Numbered from the stretch's first letter, positions 19,305-29,951 are shown. The stretch: DNA of 52,504 bases from an uncultured bacterium (GCA_965372135.1 CBDVBD010000002.1:1-52504), one strand, 5' to 3'. Numbers and translations: made by a program. Notes: generated by a model not told the origin, from the sequence alone.

Positions 19305-21707
19305 ATGCAATACTTTTCAAGAATAGCCGCCATTTTTCTAATTGCTCTAGTGCTGATTAATGGAATTAGCTTAAAAGTATTTGCTGCCACCGGTATTCTC
19401 CACGGGCAGGTACTGAACCTATCCACTGGCAGACCAATTCCCAGTGCCAATGTATCCGTGGAAGGCTTACAAATGGGTGCCGCCACCGACCTGGAGGGTC
19501 ATTTCAGCATTCCGTTCATTCCAGTCGGCACCCACAACATCCACATCAGTTGCCTGGGGTACCGGCCGATTATCAAGCCAGACGTTTTTGTAAGTACAGG
19601 GGACAAAACATCCCTAATCGTGCACCTGGAACTATCGCCTATTGAGATGGAAGATGTGGTAGTAGAGCCCAGCTTTTTCGCGAAAAGCCGTGACGCGTCA
19701 ACCAGCTTCCACAGCATGGACTGGGCGGAAATCCGCATCGATCCAGGGTCGGTGGAAGACGTCCAACGCTCGATACAGGCGCTGCCTTCTGTGGTATCCG
19801 GTGCCGACCAGCTCAATGAAATCATCGTCCGAGGTGGCATGCCCAACGAGAATCTGTTCCTGCTGGACAATATCGAAATCCCCAATCCCAACCATTTCGG
19901 GCAGCAGGGAGAGGGCGGTGGACCCATCAATATGTTAAGTAACGATTTCGTGCGGGAGGTGGATTTCTACGCCGGAGCCTTCCCGTCATGCTATGGCGAC
20001 AGAGCCTCATCGGTAATGGACATCCACCTGCGTGAAGGTAACATGTCGCGCTATTCCGGAAACGTTAATGTCGGAATGGCGGGTGCCGGGATAATGGTTG
20101 AGGGACCGATAGCGCGCGAGAAATCCTCGTTCATGTTTTCCGCACGCCGGTCGTTCTTGGATTTAATCATTTCCAGCACCGGCTTAACCGCAGTCCCCCA
20201 ATATCACAACGCCCAAGCTAAAATTGACATTGAGCTTAACGCAAAAAATCACTTGTCTCTAAACGGTGTCTACGGTCATGATTACATTTCCATCGAAGAG
20301 GACGACGAAAGCGGCGGCTACAGTAGGGGAGTGGACCAGGTCATCAGCTACGGCGATCAAATAGTGACGGGAGGAACCTTACGTTCCCTGTGGGGCTCCA
20401 ACGCCTTCAGCTTCCTAACATTATCCCATGTCATCAGCGACTGGGAACAGGATGTATGGGAAGCCGATGGGAAGTACCTGTATCATAACACATCCCATGA
20501 AGCGGAAACCGCGTTGAAATTTGACCTGACCTGGAAATTACATCCCAAACACGATATCAGCTTCGGATTTCAGGGCAAATACATCATCGCCGACATCGAC
20601 CGTTGGGCGGAAGCCGATACCGTGTACTTATGGGACACCAATTTCAAAGACACCGAACAGGACACCATCACCGGCGTATTCTACCTGTATCATCCCTGGA
20701 TTGGCAATGGTATCGTGGATTCCTACAAAACCGGATTATACCTGCAGTATTCGGTGCGACCCTGGACCTGGGCAACCGTTCGTGCCGGCTGCCGTTGGGA
20801 TCGGTTTGATTACACCGGTGCTGAAAATCTGTCCCCGCGGGTTAGCCTATCCATCCAAGCCACCCGAAAAACTACGGTGAATCTGGCGTACGGCGAACAT
20901 GCCCAAACTCCACCGTACATCGACCTCACCATGCATCCCGCCAATCGGGACCTGGAAAACAAAGTATCCCGCCATATGGTGTTCGGTATTGAATACCTAC
21001 TCAGACCCGACACCAAAGCCACCATGGAACTGTATTATAAAGACAACCGCAATATCCCTATCCGGCTGCACACCACCACCGCCAACCCCTTCGATCCCGA
21101 CTACGGTCGGATGGTAAATCAGGGCGAAGGGGATTCCAAAGGCGTCGAATTATTCCTGCAGAAAAAATTCAGCCATAACTACCACGGTACCATCAGCTTA
21201 GCATTATACAGAACCCGAGCGGTAGATCCCCGCAATGGACAATTCTACGACTGGGATTACGACCACCGCTACGTATTGACCATCATTGGCGGCTACCGCA
21301 TCCGCTTCGGGAAAAAACACTGGTACCAGCACTTGCGCACCCGATGGTGGTATCTTGCCACCGCCTGGCTGTTGCCCTTAGCGGACGAGATGGAAATCGG
21401 CATCCGCTGGCGCTATTTAGGTGGTCGTCCCTACACCGAACCCATTTACCATCGTGAACTCCATTCCTGGGTCGTCGAAGAAAACCAGCCCTGGAACAAC
21501 GAAAGACACCCCCCCTATCACCGTTTGGACCTCCGCATCGATCGGCGGTTCTTCTTTAAGAATTGGAACCTGGTCACCTATTTCGACATCATGAACATTT
21601 ACGGGCGCGACAACATCTGGAATTATTCCCGCAATGACCTGGGCGAGGTGGAAGAAATCCTGCAGTGGAAAGTCTTCCCAGTGGGGGGGATGGTGATCGA
21701 ATTTTGA
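19305..21707 (+). CDS. TonB-dependent receptor with N-terminal carboxypeptidase-regulatory-like domain
   Basis: The preferred start is MQYFSRIAAIFLIALVL (signal peptide). GILHGQVLNLSTGRPIPSANVSV..TDLEGHFSI matches CarboxypepD_reg. A plug region follows (IIVRGGMPNENLFLLDNIEIPNPNHF), and the protein ends in a terminal Phe. Confidence 0.8.
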   Translation: MQYFSRIAAIFLIALVLINGISLKVFAATGILHGQVLNLSTGRPIPSANVSVEGLQMGAATDLEGHFSIPFIPVGTHNIHISCLGYRPIIKPDVFVSTGDKTSLIVHLELSPIEMEDVVVEPSFFAKSRDASTSFHSMDWAEIRIDPGSVEDVQRSIQALPSVVSGADQLNEIIVRGGMPNENLFLLDNIEIPNPNHFGQQGEGGGPINMLSNDFVREVDFYAGAFPSCYGDRASSVMDIHLREGNMSRYSGNVNVGMAGAGIMVEGPIAREKSSFMFSARRSFLDLIISSTGLTAVPQYHNAQAKIDIELNAKNHLSLNGVYGHDYISIEEDDESGGYSRGVDQVISYGDQIVTGGTLRSLWGSNAFSFLTLSHVISDWEQDVWEADGKYLYHNTSHEAETALKFDLTWKLHPKHDISFGFQGKYIIADIDRWAEADTVYLWDTNFKDTEQDTITGVFYLYHPWIGNGIVDSYKTGLYLQYSVRPWTWATVRAGCRWDRFDYTGAENLSPRVSLSIQATRKTTVNLAYGEHAQTPPYIDLTMHPANRDLENKVSRHMVFGIEYLLRPDTKATMELYYKDNRNIPIRLHTTTANPFDPDYGRMVNQGEGDSKGVELFLQKKFSHNYHGTISLALYRTRAVDPRNGQFYDWDYDHRYVLTIIGGYRIRFGKKHWYQHLRTRWWYLATAWLLPLADEMEIGIRWRYLGGRPYTEPIYHRELHSWVVEENQPWNNERHPPYHRLDLRIDRRFFFKNWNLVTYFDIMNIYGRDNIWNYSRNDLGEVEEILQWKVFPVGGMVIEF

Positions 21708-21731
21708 ACTCGATGGCTTTTTGGCAGAAAT

Positions 21732-21763
21732 AAAAACCCCACGAACGCATTCATGGGGTTTTT
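21732..21763. terminator. Bidirectional terminator between convergent genes
   Basis: AAAAACCCCACGAA-cgca-TTCATGGGGTTTTT. Confidence 0.65.
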
Positions 21764-21788
21764 GTGAATAATAGCTAATTATTGATTC

Positions 21789-22205
21789 TCATTCAGTCGG
21801 CGGCGGTGGCGGTGGCGGTGGAGTCGGTGCTGGTGCCGGAGTTGGAGCCGGTGCAGGTGCGAGTTCAATTGTCCGCATAGGTGCCTTGAAAACAACGGTA
21901 GTGATTAGCTCAATCAAAAATCCCCATACAATCCCTGCAACAGAGAGGATTATAAATGCTCCGAAGGGTACTGAAATAGCCAGCGATCCCAAAAATCCGA
22001 TTATAATGCCATGCAGTGCCCAGTGCATCCTCCAGCAGGAAATTCCGATCATTAAACCGATCAGAGTGCGGTTTAGAGCGGTGCCGCACATCTTAGCGGA
22101 AGTCATCTCTTCTGGACCCAATTTCCACTGTGCTATATAAGCACATGCTAATCCGGCAATCATACCTAAGATGATTGAAATGATTAATCGTTTGGTGTAA
22201 ACCAC
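21789..22205 (-). CDS. Small polytopic membrane protein with Pro/Ala/Thr-rich C-terminal tail, function unknown
   Basis: 138 aa with about four hydrophobic helices. The C-terminus is APAPAPTPAPAPTPPPPPPPPTE. Confidence 0.5.
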   Translation of the reverse strand: MVYTKRLIISIILGMIAGLACAYIAQWKLGPEEMTSAKMCGTALNRTLIGLMIGISCWRMHWALHGIIIGFLGSLAISVPFGAFIILSVAGIVWGFLIELITTVVFKAPMRTIELAPAPAPTPAPAPTPPPPPPPPTE

Positions 22206-22431
22206 AATAACACCTCCTCAATAAATGATGATTCAAAGATCCGGTAGTGAAGTTTTCGGATATGTCAAGGAAGATATTACATAACACACTGCACCGCACG
22301 TAATATAACATTACAAATTATAAATGTCCAGAAAATAAGAGCGTAGTTATTACGCATCCCTAATACTGATTTCTTGGATTCGTTTTATAATCATCGAAAA
22401 GGCTAACCATTCAAATGCGTTTAAATTTCCC

Positions 22432-22460
22432 TTGACTTTCCTCAGTAAGAATTGTATATT
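22432..22460 (+). promoter_or_regulatory. Sigma70-type promoter of the glycolytic operon
   Basis: TTGACT-17 nt-TATATT, 41 nt upstream of the pfk ATG. It is followed by the 16-mer TAAGTTGCATTATTTT that is shared with the rpsU promoter. Confidence 0.6.
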
Positions 22461-22501
22461 TTTAAGTTGCATTATTTTGAATATCACTTTGTGGAGATAG
22501 T

Positions 22502-23527
22502 ATGCGAGTAGGCGTTTTAACAGGCGGTGGTGACTGCCCCGGATTGAATGCAGTAATCCGCGGTGTTGCCCGTCGTGCCATCACCAGCTACGACTATGAT
22601 GTGCTGGGAATCAAGAACGGCTGGAAGGGGTTGATCGACGGCGCTGTAGAACCCCTTGGGCTCTATGCCGTGTCGGGAATCCTGCATCGTGGTGGAACAA
22701 TCTTAGGAACCTCCCGCACCAATCCCACCAAGGATCGAGACGACTATCTCCGCGTGAGGGATAATATCCAGCGGTACGAAATCGATGCTTTGATTGCTGT
22801 GGGCGGGGATGACACCTTGTCGGCGGCTTTAGCGCTGCACAAGGAAGGCATTAACGTCATCGGCATCCCCAAAACTATCGACAATGATATTATGGGAACC
22901 GATTTCACCTTTGGATTCAATACCGCCGTATCCGTTGTAACTGAAGCCATCGATCGCCTGCACACTACTGCCGAATCCCACCACCGCATCATGGTGGTGG
23001 AGGTGATGGGGCGTCATTCCGGATGGATTGCCGTGATGTCAGGTATCGCCGGAGGCGCCGATTATATCATTATCCCCGAAGTCCCATACGATCTGGAGAA
23101 AATCTGTGACGCCTTGAAACAACGGCATAAAACTAAGAAATTCTCCATCGTAGTAGTAGCGGAAGGCGCCACCTCAGCCACCGGTGAACTGGTAAGCCAG
23201 TCGAACAGGGTGGATGAATTCGGGAACATTCGCTTAGGCGGCATCGGACAAATTGTGGGCGACAGGATCGAGGATCTTACCGGTATCGAAACTCGAGTCA
23301 CAATTTTAGGGCATGTCCAGCGCGGGGGATCACCAACCGCTTATGACCGAATTCTTGCCACTCGATTCGGAGTACGGGCTGTGGATGCGGTTGAACAAAG
23401 GCAATTCGGCAAAATGGTGGCGCTGCGTTCCGAGGAAATCATCATGGTCGACTTGGAAGAAGCGGTGCTGGAAAACAAAAAAGTGGATATGAAACTTTAC
23501 GAAATCGCTGAGATCTTTTTCGGATAA
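22502..23527 (+). CDS. pfk: 6-phosphofructokinase (residue signature suggests PPi dependence)
   Basis: GGGDCPGLNAVIRG, GGDDT, IPKTIDNDI and MGRHSG motifs are present. The Asp in GGDDT and the Lys in PKTIDND are the residues associated with PPi-dependent enzymes. Confidence 0.85.
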   Translation: MRVGVLTGGGDCPGLNAVIRGVARRAITSYDYDVLGIKNGWKGLIDGAVEPLGLYAVSGILHRGGTILGTSRTNPTKDRDDYLRVRDNIQRYEIDALIAVGGDDTLSAALALHKEGINVIGIPKTIDNDIMGTDFTFGFNTAVSVVTEAIDRLHTTAESHHRIMVVEVMGRHSGWIAVMSGIAGGADYIIIPEVPYDLEKICDALKQRHKTKKFSIVVVAEGATSATGELVSQSNRVDEFGNIRLGGIGQIVGDRIEDLTGIETRVTILGHVQRGGSPTAYDRILATRFGVRAVDAVEQRQFGKMVALRSEEIIMVDLEEAVLENKKVDMKLYEIAEIFFG

Positions 23528-23560
23528 TTAAATCGACAGTACATCTGGAGGAATAGAAAC

Positions 23561-24628
23561 ATGGGAGACGTTTACACTTTAGTTCCCGATAATATTCGAT
23601 CGAAACTGGGGAGTGCGAGTGGGGTGTGCTTGATCAACGGAAAGGAGTTGTTCGGCAAAATGCGCGATGAGACCTTTATTCTGATGGCGTGTAACACCAG
23701 AATCAAACACGCCATTCCCGGCATCATGCGTGCTGCACAGGAATTGGATGCGTTGGTAGCGTTTGAATTAGCCATGTCCGAAGGTTACGTGGACGGCGGT
23801 TACACCGGAATGCCGCCACATGTGTATTTTAATACCATCATCGACTACGCTGAACGTACCGGTTTCACGAAACCCTTTGTCATCCACGGCGACCACATCA
23901 CCATCAAAAGTACCTCGGAAGACGACATCAACAAAGGTCGCATTTTGATTGACGCTGAGCTGGATGCTGGGTACACCTGTTTCGCCATCGACGCCAGCTT
24001 CAACGAATTACCGGATAATATTCGCATCGCCCAAGATTTAGCTACAAAGATCGTCGATGCTGATTTAGGGCTGGAAGTGGAAGTGGGCGAGATCAAATCC
24101 ACCGGCACCGAAGCCGAAATCACATCGGTGGAAGAAGGACGGGATTTCATCGATGCCTTGGTGGATAGCGGCATCAATCCCAACCTATTGGCGATCAACA
24201 ACGGATCCAAGCACGGCAACTATTTGCCCGGCGAAGAAATTCATATCGACCTGGAACGCACCAAAGATGTGCACCGGGCGATCAGTATGCACGGCGTGGA
24301 CATCGCCCAACACGGCATCACCGGTACTCCGTTGCATCTGATGATTCAATTCGCCGAATGCGGCATCAAGAAGGGGAACGTGGGTACACTATGGCAAAAC
24401 ATCGCCCACGAACATCTTCCCGAAGAACTGATGACCCGCATGAAACAGTGGGCGTCGGATGAAGGGAAAAATGTCAAGATGGCAACCAAGCCCTTCAAGG
24501 AAGAAATCGACAGCATCCCCGATTCCTACCGGTTGGCGATTGAGGATCACGCCTACCGGGAAGCCAAGGAATTCCTTACCGCCTTCCAAGCGGTCGGATC
24601 GGCAAGCAAGCTGGCTGAAAAAATATAG
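23561..24628 (+). CDS. fba: Class II fructose-bisphosphate aldolase family protein
   Basis: The zinc-ligand pattern is present (HGDH, NGSKHG, QHGITG) and the gene sits in a glycolytic operon. The sequence is divergent, so the subfamily is uncertain. Confidence 0.65.
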   Translation: MGDVYTLVPDNIRSKLGSASGVCLINGKELFGKMRDETFILMACNTRIKHAIPGIMRAAQELDALVAFELAMSEGYVDGGYTGMPPHVYFNTIIDYAERTGFTKPFVIHGDHITIKSTSEDDINKGRILIDAELDAGYTCFAIDASFNELPDNIRIAQDLATKIVDADLGLEVEVGEIKSTGTEAEITSVEEGRDFIDALVDSGINPNLLAINNGSKHGNYLPGEEIHIDLERTKDVHRAISMHGVDIAQHGITGTPLHLMIQFAECGIKKGNVGTLWQNIAHEHLPEELMTRMKQWASDEGKNVKMATKPFKEEIDSIPDSYRLAIEDHAYREAKEFLTAFQAVGSASKLAEKI

Positions 24629-24676
24629 CAATTCTATGGGAACTATGTATCGTTGGTTATTGTTTACCGAACGTAG

Positions 24677-25708
<1,032 letters not shown>

Positions 25709-25710
25709 AT

Positions 25711-26913
25711 ATGAATAAACTTCATATCGATGATATTGAAGTACAGGGTAAACGTGTGTTGGTGCGGGTGGATTTCAACGTCCCGTTGGATGAACAGCAA
25801 CATGTGACCGATGATGCCCGTATCCGCGCTGAATTAACCACCATTTCCCGGTTGATGAGTCGTGGCGCACGTGTAATCCTGATGTCTCATTTGGGGCGAC
25901 CCAAAGGGCAGCGAAAACCCGAATTCAGCTTGAAACCAGTGGCTGATCGATTGGCGTTGTTACTGGATAAGCCCGTAGTGTTTGCCCCGGACTGCATCGG
26001 ACCTGAAGTGTCCCAAATGGTGGATGTTCTGGAAGATGGGCAGGTGATGCTGCTGGAGAACCTGCGTTTCCATAAGGCGGAAACCGATAACGCCCCCGAA
26101 TTCGCCAAACAGTTAGCAGCATTAGGTGAGGTGTATGTCAACGATGCTTTCGGAACCGCGCACCGTGCCCATGCTTCCACCGAAGGCGTCGCACACTATT
26201 TCGATATCCGTGCCTGCGGTGACCTGTTGCGTAAGGAGATCGACTACCTTGGGGGAGCCTTGAAAAATCCGGAACGTCCCTTTTTAGCCATCCTCGGTGG
26301 CGCCAAAGTGTCCGGTAAAATCGAGGTGATTGAAAATTTATTGGAGAAGGTGGATGGATTCCTGGTCGGCGGTGGGATGGCATTCGCATTCATCAAAGCC
26401 CAGGGTTCCGATATCGGCAACACTCTTTTCGAGGAAGAGACGTTACCGATAGCGAAAAAGGTGTTGTACCAAACCATGGAAATGGGAATCCCCTTCGGGC
26501 TGCCGGAAGATTGTTGTGTGGCGGATAAATTCGCCGCTGATGCCAATACCGAGATCGTATCTTCCGATCATATCCCCAATGATTGGATGGCGCTGGATAT
26601 TGGTCCCAAAGCGGTGGAAGCGTTCGTGGAGCAAATCCGAAACGCCAAGACCATCGTGTGGAACGGTCCCATGGGCGTGTTTGAATTCGAAGCCTTCCGG
26701 GAAGGAACCCGGGCTATAGCAAAAGCGTTAGCGGACGCTACCAGCACTGGCGCCACCACTATCATCGGCGGTGGTGATTCCGCAGCGGCGCTGGCTCAGT
26801 TAGGACTATCTAACCAAGTCAGTCATGTATCGACCGGTGGCGGTGCGGCATTGGAATTCCTGGAAGGGAAAACCCTTCCTGGTGTGGCGGTATTAACTGA
26901 TCGACTATCATAA
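25711..26913 (+). CDS. pgk: Phosphoglycerate kinase
   Basis: RVDFNVP, SHLGRPKG, AILGGAKVSGKI and STGGGA motifs are present. Confidence 0.95.
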   Translation: MNKLHIDDIEVQGKRVLVRVDFNVPLDEQQHVTDDARIRAELTTISRLMSRGARVILMSHLGRPKGQRKPEFSLKPVADRLALLLDKPVVFAPDCIGPEVSQMVDVLEDGQVMLLENLRFHKAETDNAPEFAKQLAALGEVYVNDAFGTAHRAHASTEGVAHYFDIRACGDLLRKEIDYLGGALKNPERPFLAILGGAKVSGKIEVIENLLEKVDGFLVGGGMAFAFIKAQGSDIGNTLFEEETLPIAKKVLYQTMEMGIPFGLPEDCCVADKFAADANTEIVSSDHIPNDWMALDIGPKAVEAFVEQIRNAKTIVWNGPMGVFEFEAFREGTRAIAKALADATSTGATTIIGGGDSAAALAQLGLSNQVSHVSTGGGAALEFLEGKTLPGVAVLTDRLS

Positions 26914-26922
26914 GGATAAGTA

Positions 26923-27702
26923 ATGGCAGTACATAAGCGAAAACCATTTATCGCTGGCAACTGGAAAATGAATAAAACCGCTGGCGATGCGAAGGAATTG
27001 GTGGAAGCGTTGACCGCCAAATCGGATTTGATTCAAGCTTCGACTGCGGTATTATGTCCGCCATTTACCGTGTTGAATGCAGTGGCTGGTGTGATCGAAT
27101 CATCACCTTATCATTTAGGCGGGCAGAACGTATTCTGGGAGAATTCCGGCGCATTTACCGGTGAGGTATCACCGCCCATGCTGCGTGCTGTGGGCTGCGA
27201 ATATGTCATCGTTGGACATTCCGAACGGCGGCAGTATTTCGGGGAAACCGACGCATCGGTCAACCGCAAAATCAAAGCAGCTCAGGTCAGTGACTTGATC
27301 CCCATCGTGTGTGTTGGTGAAACCTTGCAGGATCGGGAAGACGGGAAAACCAACGACATCATCAAAAAACAGATCACCGGTGTCCTTGCGGGATTGAATA
27401 ACAATGCGGTGCGGTCGCTGGTCATCGCCTACGAACCGGTTTGGGCGATTGGCACCGGAATGAATGCCGAACCCAAAGACGCCGATGCGGTCCACGCTTA
27501 CATCCGTGAGTTGATTAGCGAGTTACACTCCCCGGAAATTGCGGAAAATATTATTATCCTGTACGGTGGTAGTGTCAATGACGAGAACGCCAAGGACCTG
27601 CTCGGTATGGAAAATATCGACGGCGCTCTGATTGGCGGTGCCAGTCTGAAACCGGCGTCGTTTCTACAAATCATCGAGACGGCGGAATCCTTGGCTAAGT
27701 AA
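26923..27702 (+). CDS. tpiA: Triosephosphate isomerase
   Basis: [26 protein letters not shown] and YGGSV motifs are present. Confidence 0.95.
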   Translation: MAVHKRKPFIAGNWKMNKTAGDAKELVEALTAKSDLIQASTAVLCPPFTVLNAVAGVIESSPYHLGGQNVFWENSGAFTGEVSPPMLRAVGCEYVIVGHSERRQYFGETDASVNRKIKAAQVSDLIPIVCVGETLQDREDGKTNDIIKKQITGVLAGLNNNAVRSLVIAYEPVWAIGTGMNAEPKDADAVHAYIRELISELHSPEIAENIIILYGGSVNDENAKDLLGMENIDGALIGGASLKPASFLQIIETAESLAK

Positions 27703-27741
27703 CCCCGGATGATTGCCGATACAATTGGCGAACATCCTTTT
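27668..27741 (+). repeat. Left 74 bp direct repeat flanking the tpiA-secG island (last 11 codons of tpiA plus 39 nt)
   Basis: 69/74 identical to 29321..29394. Confidence 0.9.
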
Positions 27742-27758
27742 AACTTTTATGGTCTTAT

Positions 27759-28079
27759 ATGGTAAAGGGCAATACAATGCTGACTCAAAGAAAAGTGATG
27801 GATATTCTGAAGAAAGAACTTCCTTATTTTGCATCTGAGTATGGCGTAAGGCGGTTAGGTTTATTTGGATCGTATGCGAAAGAAGTACAAAACGAAGAAA
27901 GCGATGTGGATATTATAGTGGAGTTTGACAGACCAATAGGTCTTAAGTTTATTGAGCTTGCAGAATATATTGAAAAAATACTCGGAAAAAAAATAGACAT
28001 CCTCACTCCCGATGGAATAAAGGGGATAAGACTTGGAAGAGTTGCCAAAGATGTGGAAGAGAGCATAGTCTATGTCTAA
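27759..28079 (+). CDS. MNT-type nucleotidyltransferase domain protein (antitoxin-like)
   Basis: The RLGLFGSYAKEVQNEESDVDIIVEF motif fits GSxAxG...SDxDxxV. The size (about 100 aa) fits the family and the sequence is AT-rich. The start may be 27777. Confidence 0.8.
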   Translation: MVKGNTMLTQRKVMDILKKELPYFASEYGVRRLGLFGSYAKEVQNEESDVDIIVEFDRPIGLKFIELAEYIEKILGKKIDILTPDGIKGIRLGRVAKDVEESIVYV

Positions 28080-28160
28080 GAGAGCGGATGTAGATGCCCG
28101 GAATAATTTTAATTGTATAATCATTGTTATGCTCCACCATTAATGGGCTAAGGAATCACA

Positions 28161-29156
28161 ATGCGCCCCAATCTGTTTTCGTTTGCCACGTCCGAGTTGT
28201 CACAAGATGCCTTTCTGTGCTGGTTGTTGTCTTGGGCGGACTGCAAATACATCTCAACAAACGTAGCGTTGCATCGTGTCGGAATCCAGTTATTGAATTT
28301 GATTTATTCGAAGGCGGGAGTGCAACCACCGACACAGTTCTCAAGTGTTGAGATTTTGAAACAAAAAGCGGGGATTGATATTCTTTGCATCGTTAATGAA
28401 GATACCGTAGTCCTTATTGAGGATAAAGTTGGAACAAAGCAGCATTCCGATCAGCTTGCGCGATACAAGGATTATGTCTCGAAAACTTGGTCTGCCATCG
28501 ACAAAATAATTCTCATCTACCTTCAGACGGGCGATCAAAGCGATTACAGCGAAGTTAAGAAGCACGGATACATTGTCTTTGGGCGGAACGATGCCCTGAA
28601 AATTCTCGAAAGCCAAGAGGGAGCGGCAGCAAACCAAGGCAGTGATATTTGTTCTGACTTCAGTTCATATCTTCGAGAAATCGAAAACGATGTTCAGAGT
28701 TACGCGGCGCTCCCGTTTGCCAAATGGTCTTGGAATTCATGGAAAGGTTTCTACACAAGGCTCCAAGAAGAGCTAAATCATGGAGATTGGGACTATGTAC
28801 CAAACCCCTCTGGCGGCTTTCTTGGCTTTTGGTGGCACTTTCGAGGAGATCCCCATTGCGAACAGTATCTGCAACTCGAAATGGAAAAGTTTTGTTTCAA
28901 GATTTGGGTGGCAGACAAATCGAAGAGAGCAGAACTCCGCAACTTTTGGCACAGCAAGCTTATTAAAGAAAGCCACGTACACGGTCTCAAGTTAAAGAGA
29001 CCAGACCGGTTTGGAAATGGCGAGTACATGACTGTTGCTGTTTTGGCTCAAGAGTACCGAAGCACCAATGCTCAGGGAGTGCTTGACCTGTGTGAGACGT
29101 GCACCCTGATTCGTAAGGCTGAAGCTTTGCTGGATGCATTAGACCTATCGGCATAA
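28161..29156 (+). CDS. PD-(D/E)xK nuclease superfamily-like protein
   Basis: The N-terminus SELSQDAFLCWLL and the core GIDILCIV...VVLIEDKVGTK (D...EDK) resemble PD-(D/E)xK restriction-endonuclease-fold families. The C-terminal half is unknown. Confidence 0.55.
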   Translation: MRPNLFSFATSELSQDAFLCWLLSWADCKYISTNVALHRVGIQLLNLIYSKAGVQPPTQFSSVEILKQKAGIDILCIVNEDTVVLIEDKVGTKQHSDQLARYKDYVSKTWSAIDKIILIYLQTGDQSDYSEVKKHGYIVFGRNDALKILESQEGAAANQGSDICSDFSSYLREIENDVQSYAALPFAKWSWNSWKGFYTRLQEELNHGDWDYVPNPSGGFLGFWWHFRGDPHCEQYLQLEMEKFCFKIWVADKSKRAELRNFWHSKLIKESHVHGLKLKRPDRFGNGEYMTVAVLAQEYRSTNAQGVLDLCETCTLIRKAEALLDALDLSA

Positions 29157-29320
29157 CATTGCGCTGATCGCCGAAGCGTTACAGCGCACTGGTTAACTTG
29201 AACGTTAGAAGTATCTCGAAACAAGTGGATCTCTGTCACATTAGTTGTGCTGTTAAGCGGGTACACCTGACGCCACATCGCATTAAAGGAGGATGCAAGA
29301 TGCAGTAGTTCGTAATCTTG

Positions 29321-29394
29321 AAATCATCGAAACGGCGGAATCTTTAGCAAAGTAATCCCGGATGATTGCCGATACAATTGGCGAACATCCTTTT
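29321..29394 (+). repeat. Right 74 bp direct repeat: relic copy of the tpiA 3' end plus the tpiA-secG spacer
   Basis: It still encodes [10 protein letters not shown]-stop, with four synonymous differences from the intact copy. The following 38 nt are identical. Confidence 0.9.
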
Positions 29395-29411
29395 GAAAAT
29401 TTGAGGTATCG

Positions 29412-29783
29412 ATGTTATTCGCATTGTTTATCATTATCCACATTCTAATTTCCGTGGCATTGGTGTTAGTGATATTAATGCAGGCAGCCAAAGGCGGCGG
29501 CTTGGCAGGTGGCGCTTTCGGAGGCGCTGCATCGCAGGCAGTATTCGGCGGCAGGCAAACCGCTACTTTCTTGAGCCGAGCCACCGTGTATCTGGTGGTA
29601 GGCTTTCTGCTGAACTGCTTGGTGTTGGCGTTGTTATCTAAAACCACCACGCAACAACGCAGTGTCACCCAGGAAGCAATCGCCAACTCTCCAGCACAAG
29701 CGCTGCCCTTGGCACCCGAAGCCACATCCAGCGCACCGGGAGGTGCTGTGATTCCGGATGAAGGAGCACCATCTGTCCCTTAG
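29412..29783 (+). CDS. secG: Preprotein translocase subunit SecG
   Basis: The N-terminus MLFALFIIIHILISVALVLVILMQAAKGGGLAGGAFGG is canonical SecG. tpiA-secG synteny is conserved. Confidence 0.85.
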   Translation: MLFALFIIIHILISVALVLVILMQAAKGGGLAGGAFGGAASQAVFGGRQTATFLSRATVYLVVGFLLNCLVLALLSKTTTQQRSVTQEAIANSPAQALPLAPEATSSAPGGAVIPDEGAPSVP

Positions 29784-29825
29784 GGAGAATAGAAAATACA
29801 TCCAGTCTTGATGTGGAAATATCTT

Positions 29826-29912
29826 GCCGGAGTGGTGAAATTGGCAGACACACCATCTTGAGGGGGTGGCGCCCGAAAGGGTGTACCGGTTCAAATCCGG
29901 TCTCCGGCACCA
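29826..29912 (+). tRNA. tRNA-Leu (anticodon GAG), class II with long variable arm, encoded CCA
   Basis: Manual fold: acceptor GCCGGAG/CTCCGGC, anticodon stem CCATC/GGTGG, loop TTGAGGG, variable arm GCCC-GAAA-GGGT, T-arm ACCGG-TTCAAAT-CCGGT, then ACCA. Confidence 0.9.
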
Positions 29913-29951
29913 AGTGCTTGAAGTGTGCTTAAATAATAACCGAAAAAACTC

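Noticed and set aside
21795-21870. GGTGGC/GGTGCC triplet-repeat DNA
   Set aside because: It is the coding sequence for the Pro/Ala/Thr-rich C-terminal tail of the membrane protein on the minus strand, not an independent repeat element or CRISPR-like array.
28072-28143. 23-codon ORF overlapping the MNT stop, considered as a truncated HEPN (DUF86) remnant
   Set aside because: The position fits (overlap with the antitoxin stop), but the peptide is too short and shows no Rx4-6H motif or convincing DUF86 similarity. It is mentioned only as context.
29293-29355. 20-codon mini-ORF ([20 protein letters not shown]) preceded by AAAGGAGG
   Set aside because: The Shine-Dalgarno-like sequence abuts the ATG with no spacer, and the C-terminal half is simply the relic tpiA 3' end. 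It is most likely non-functional debris of the island junction.
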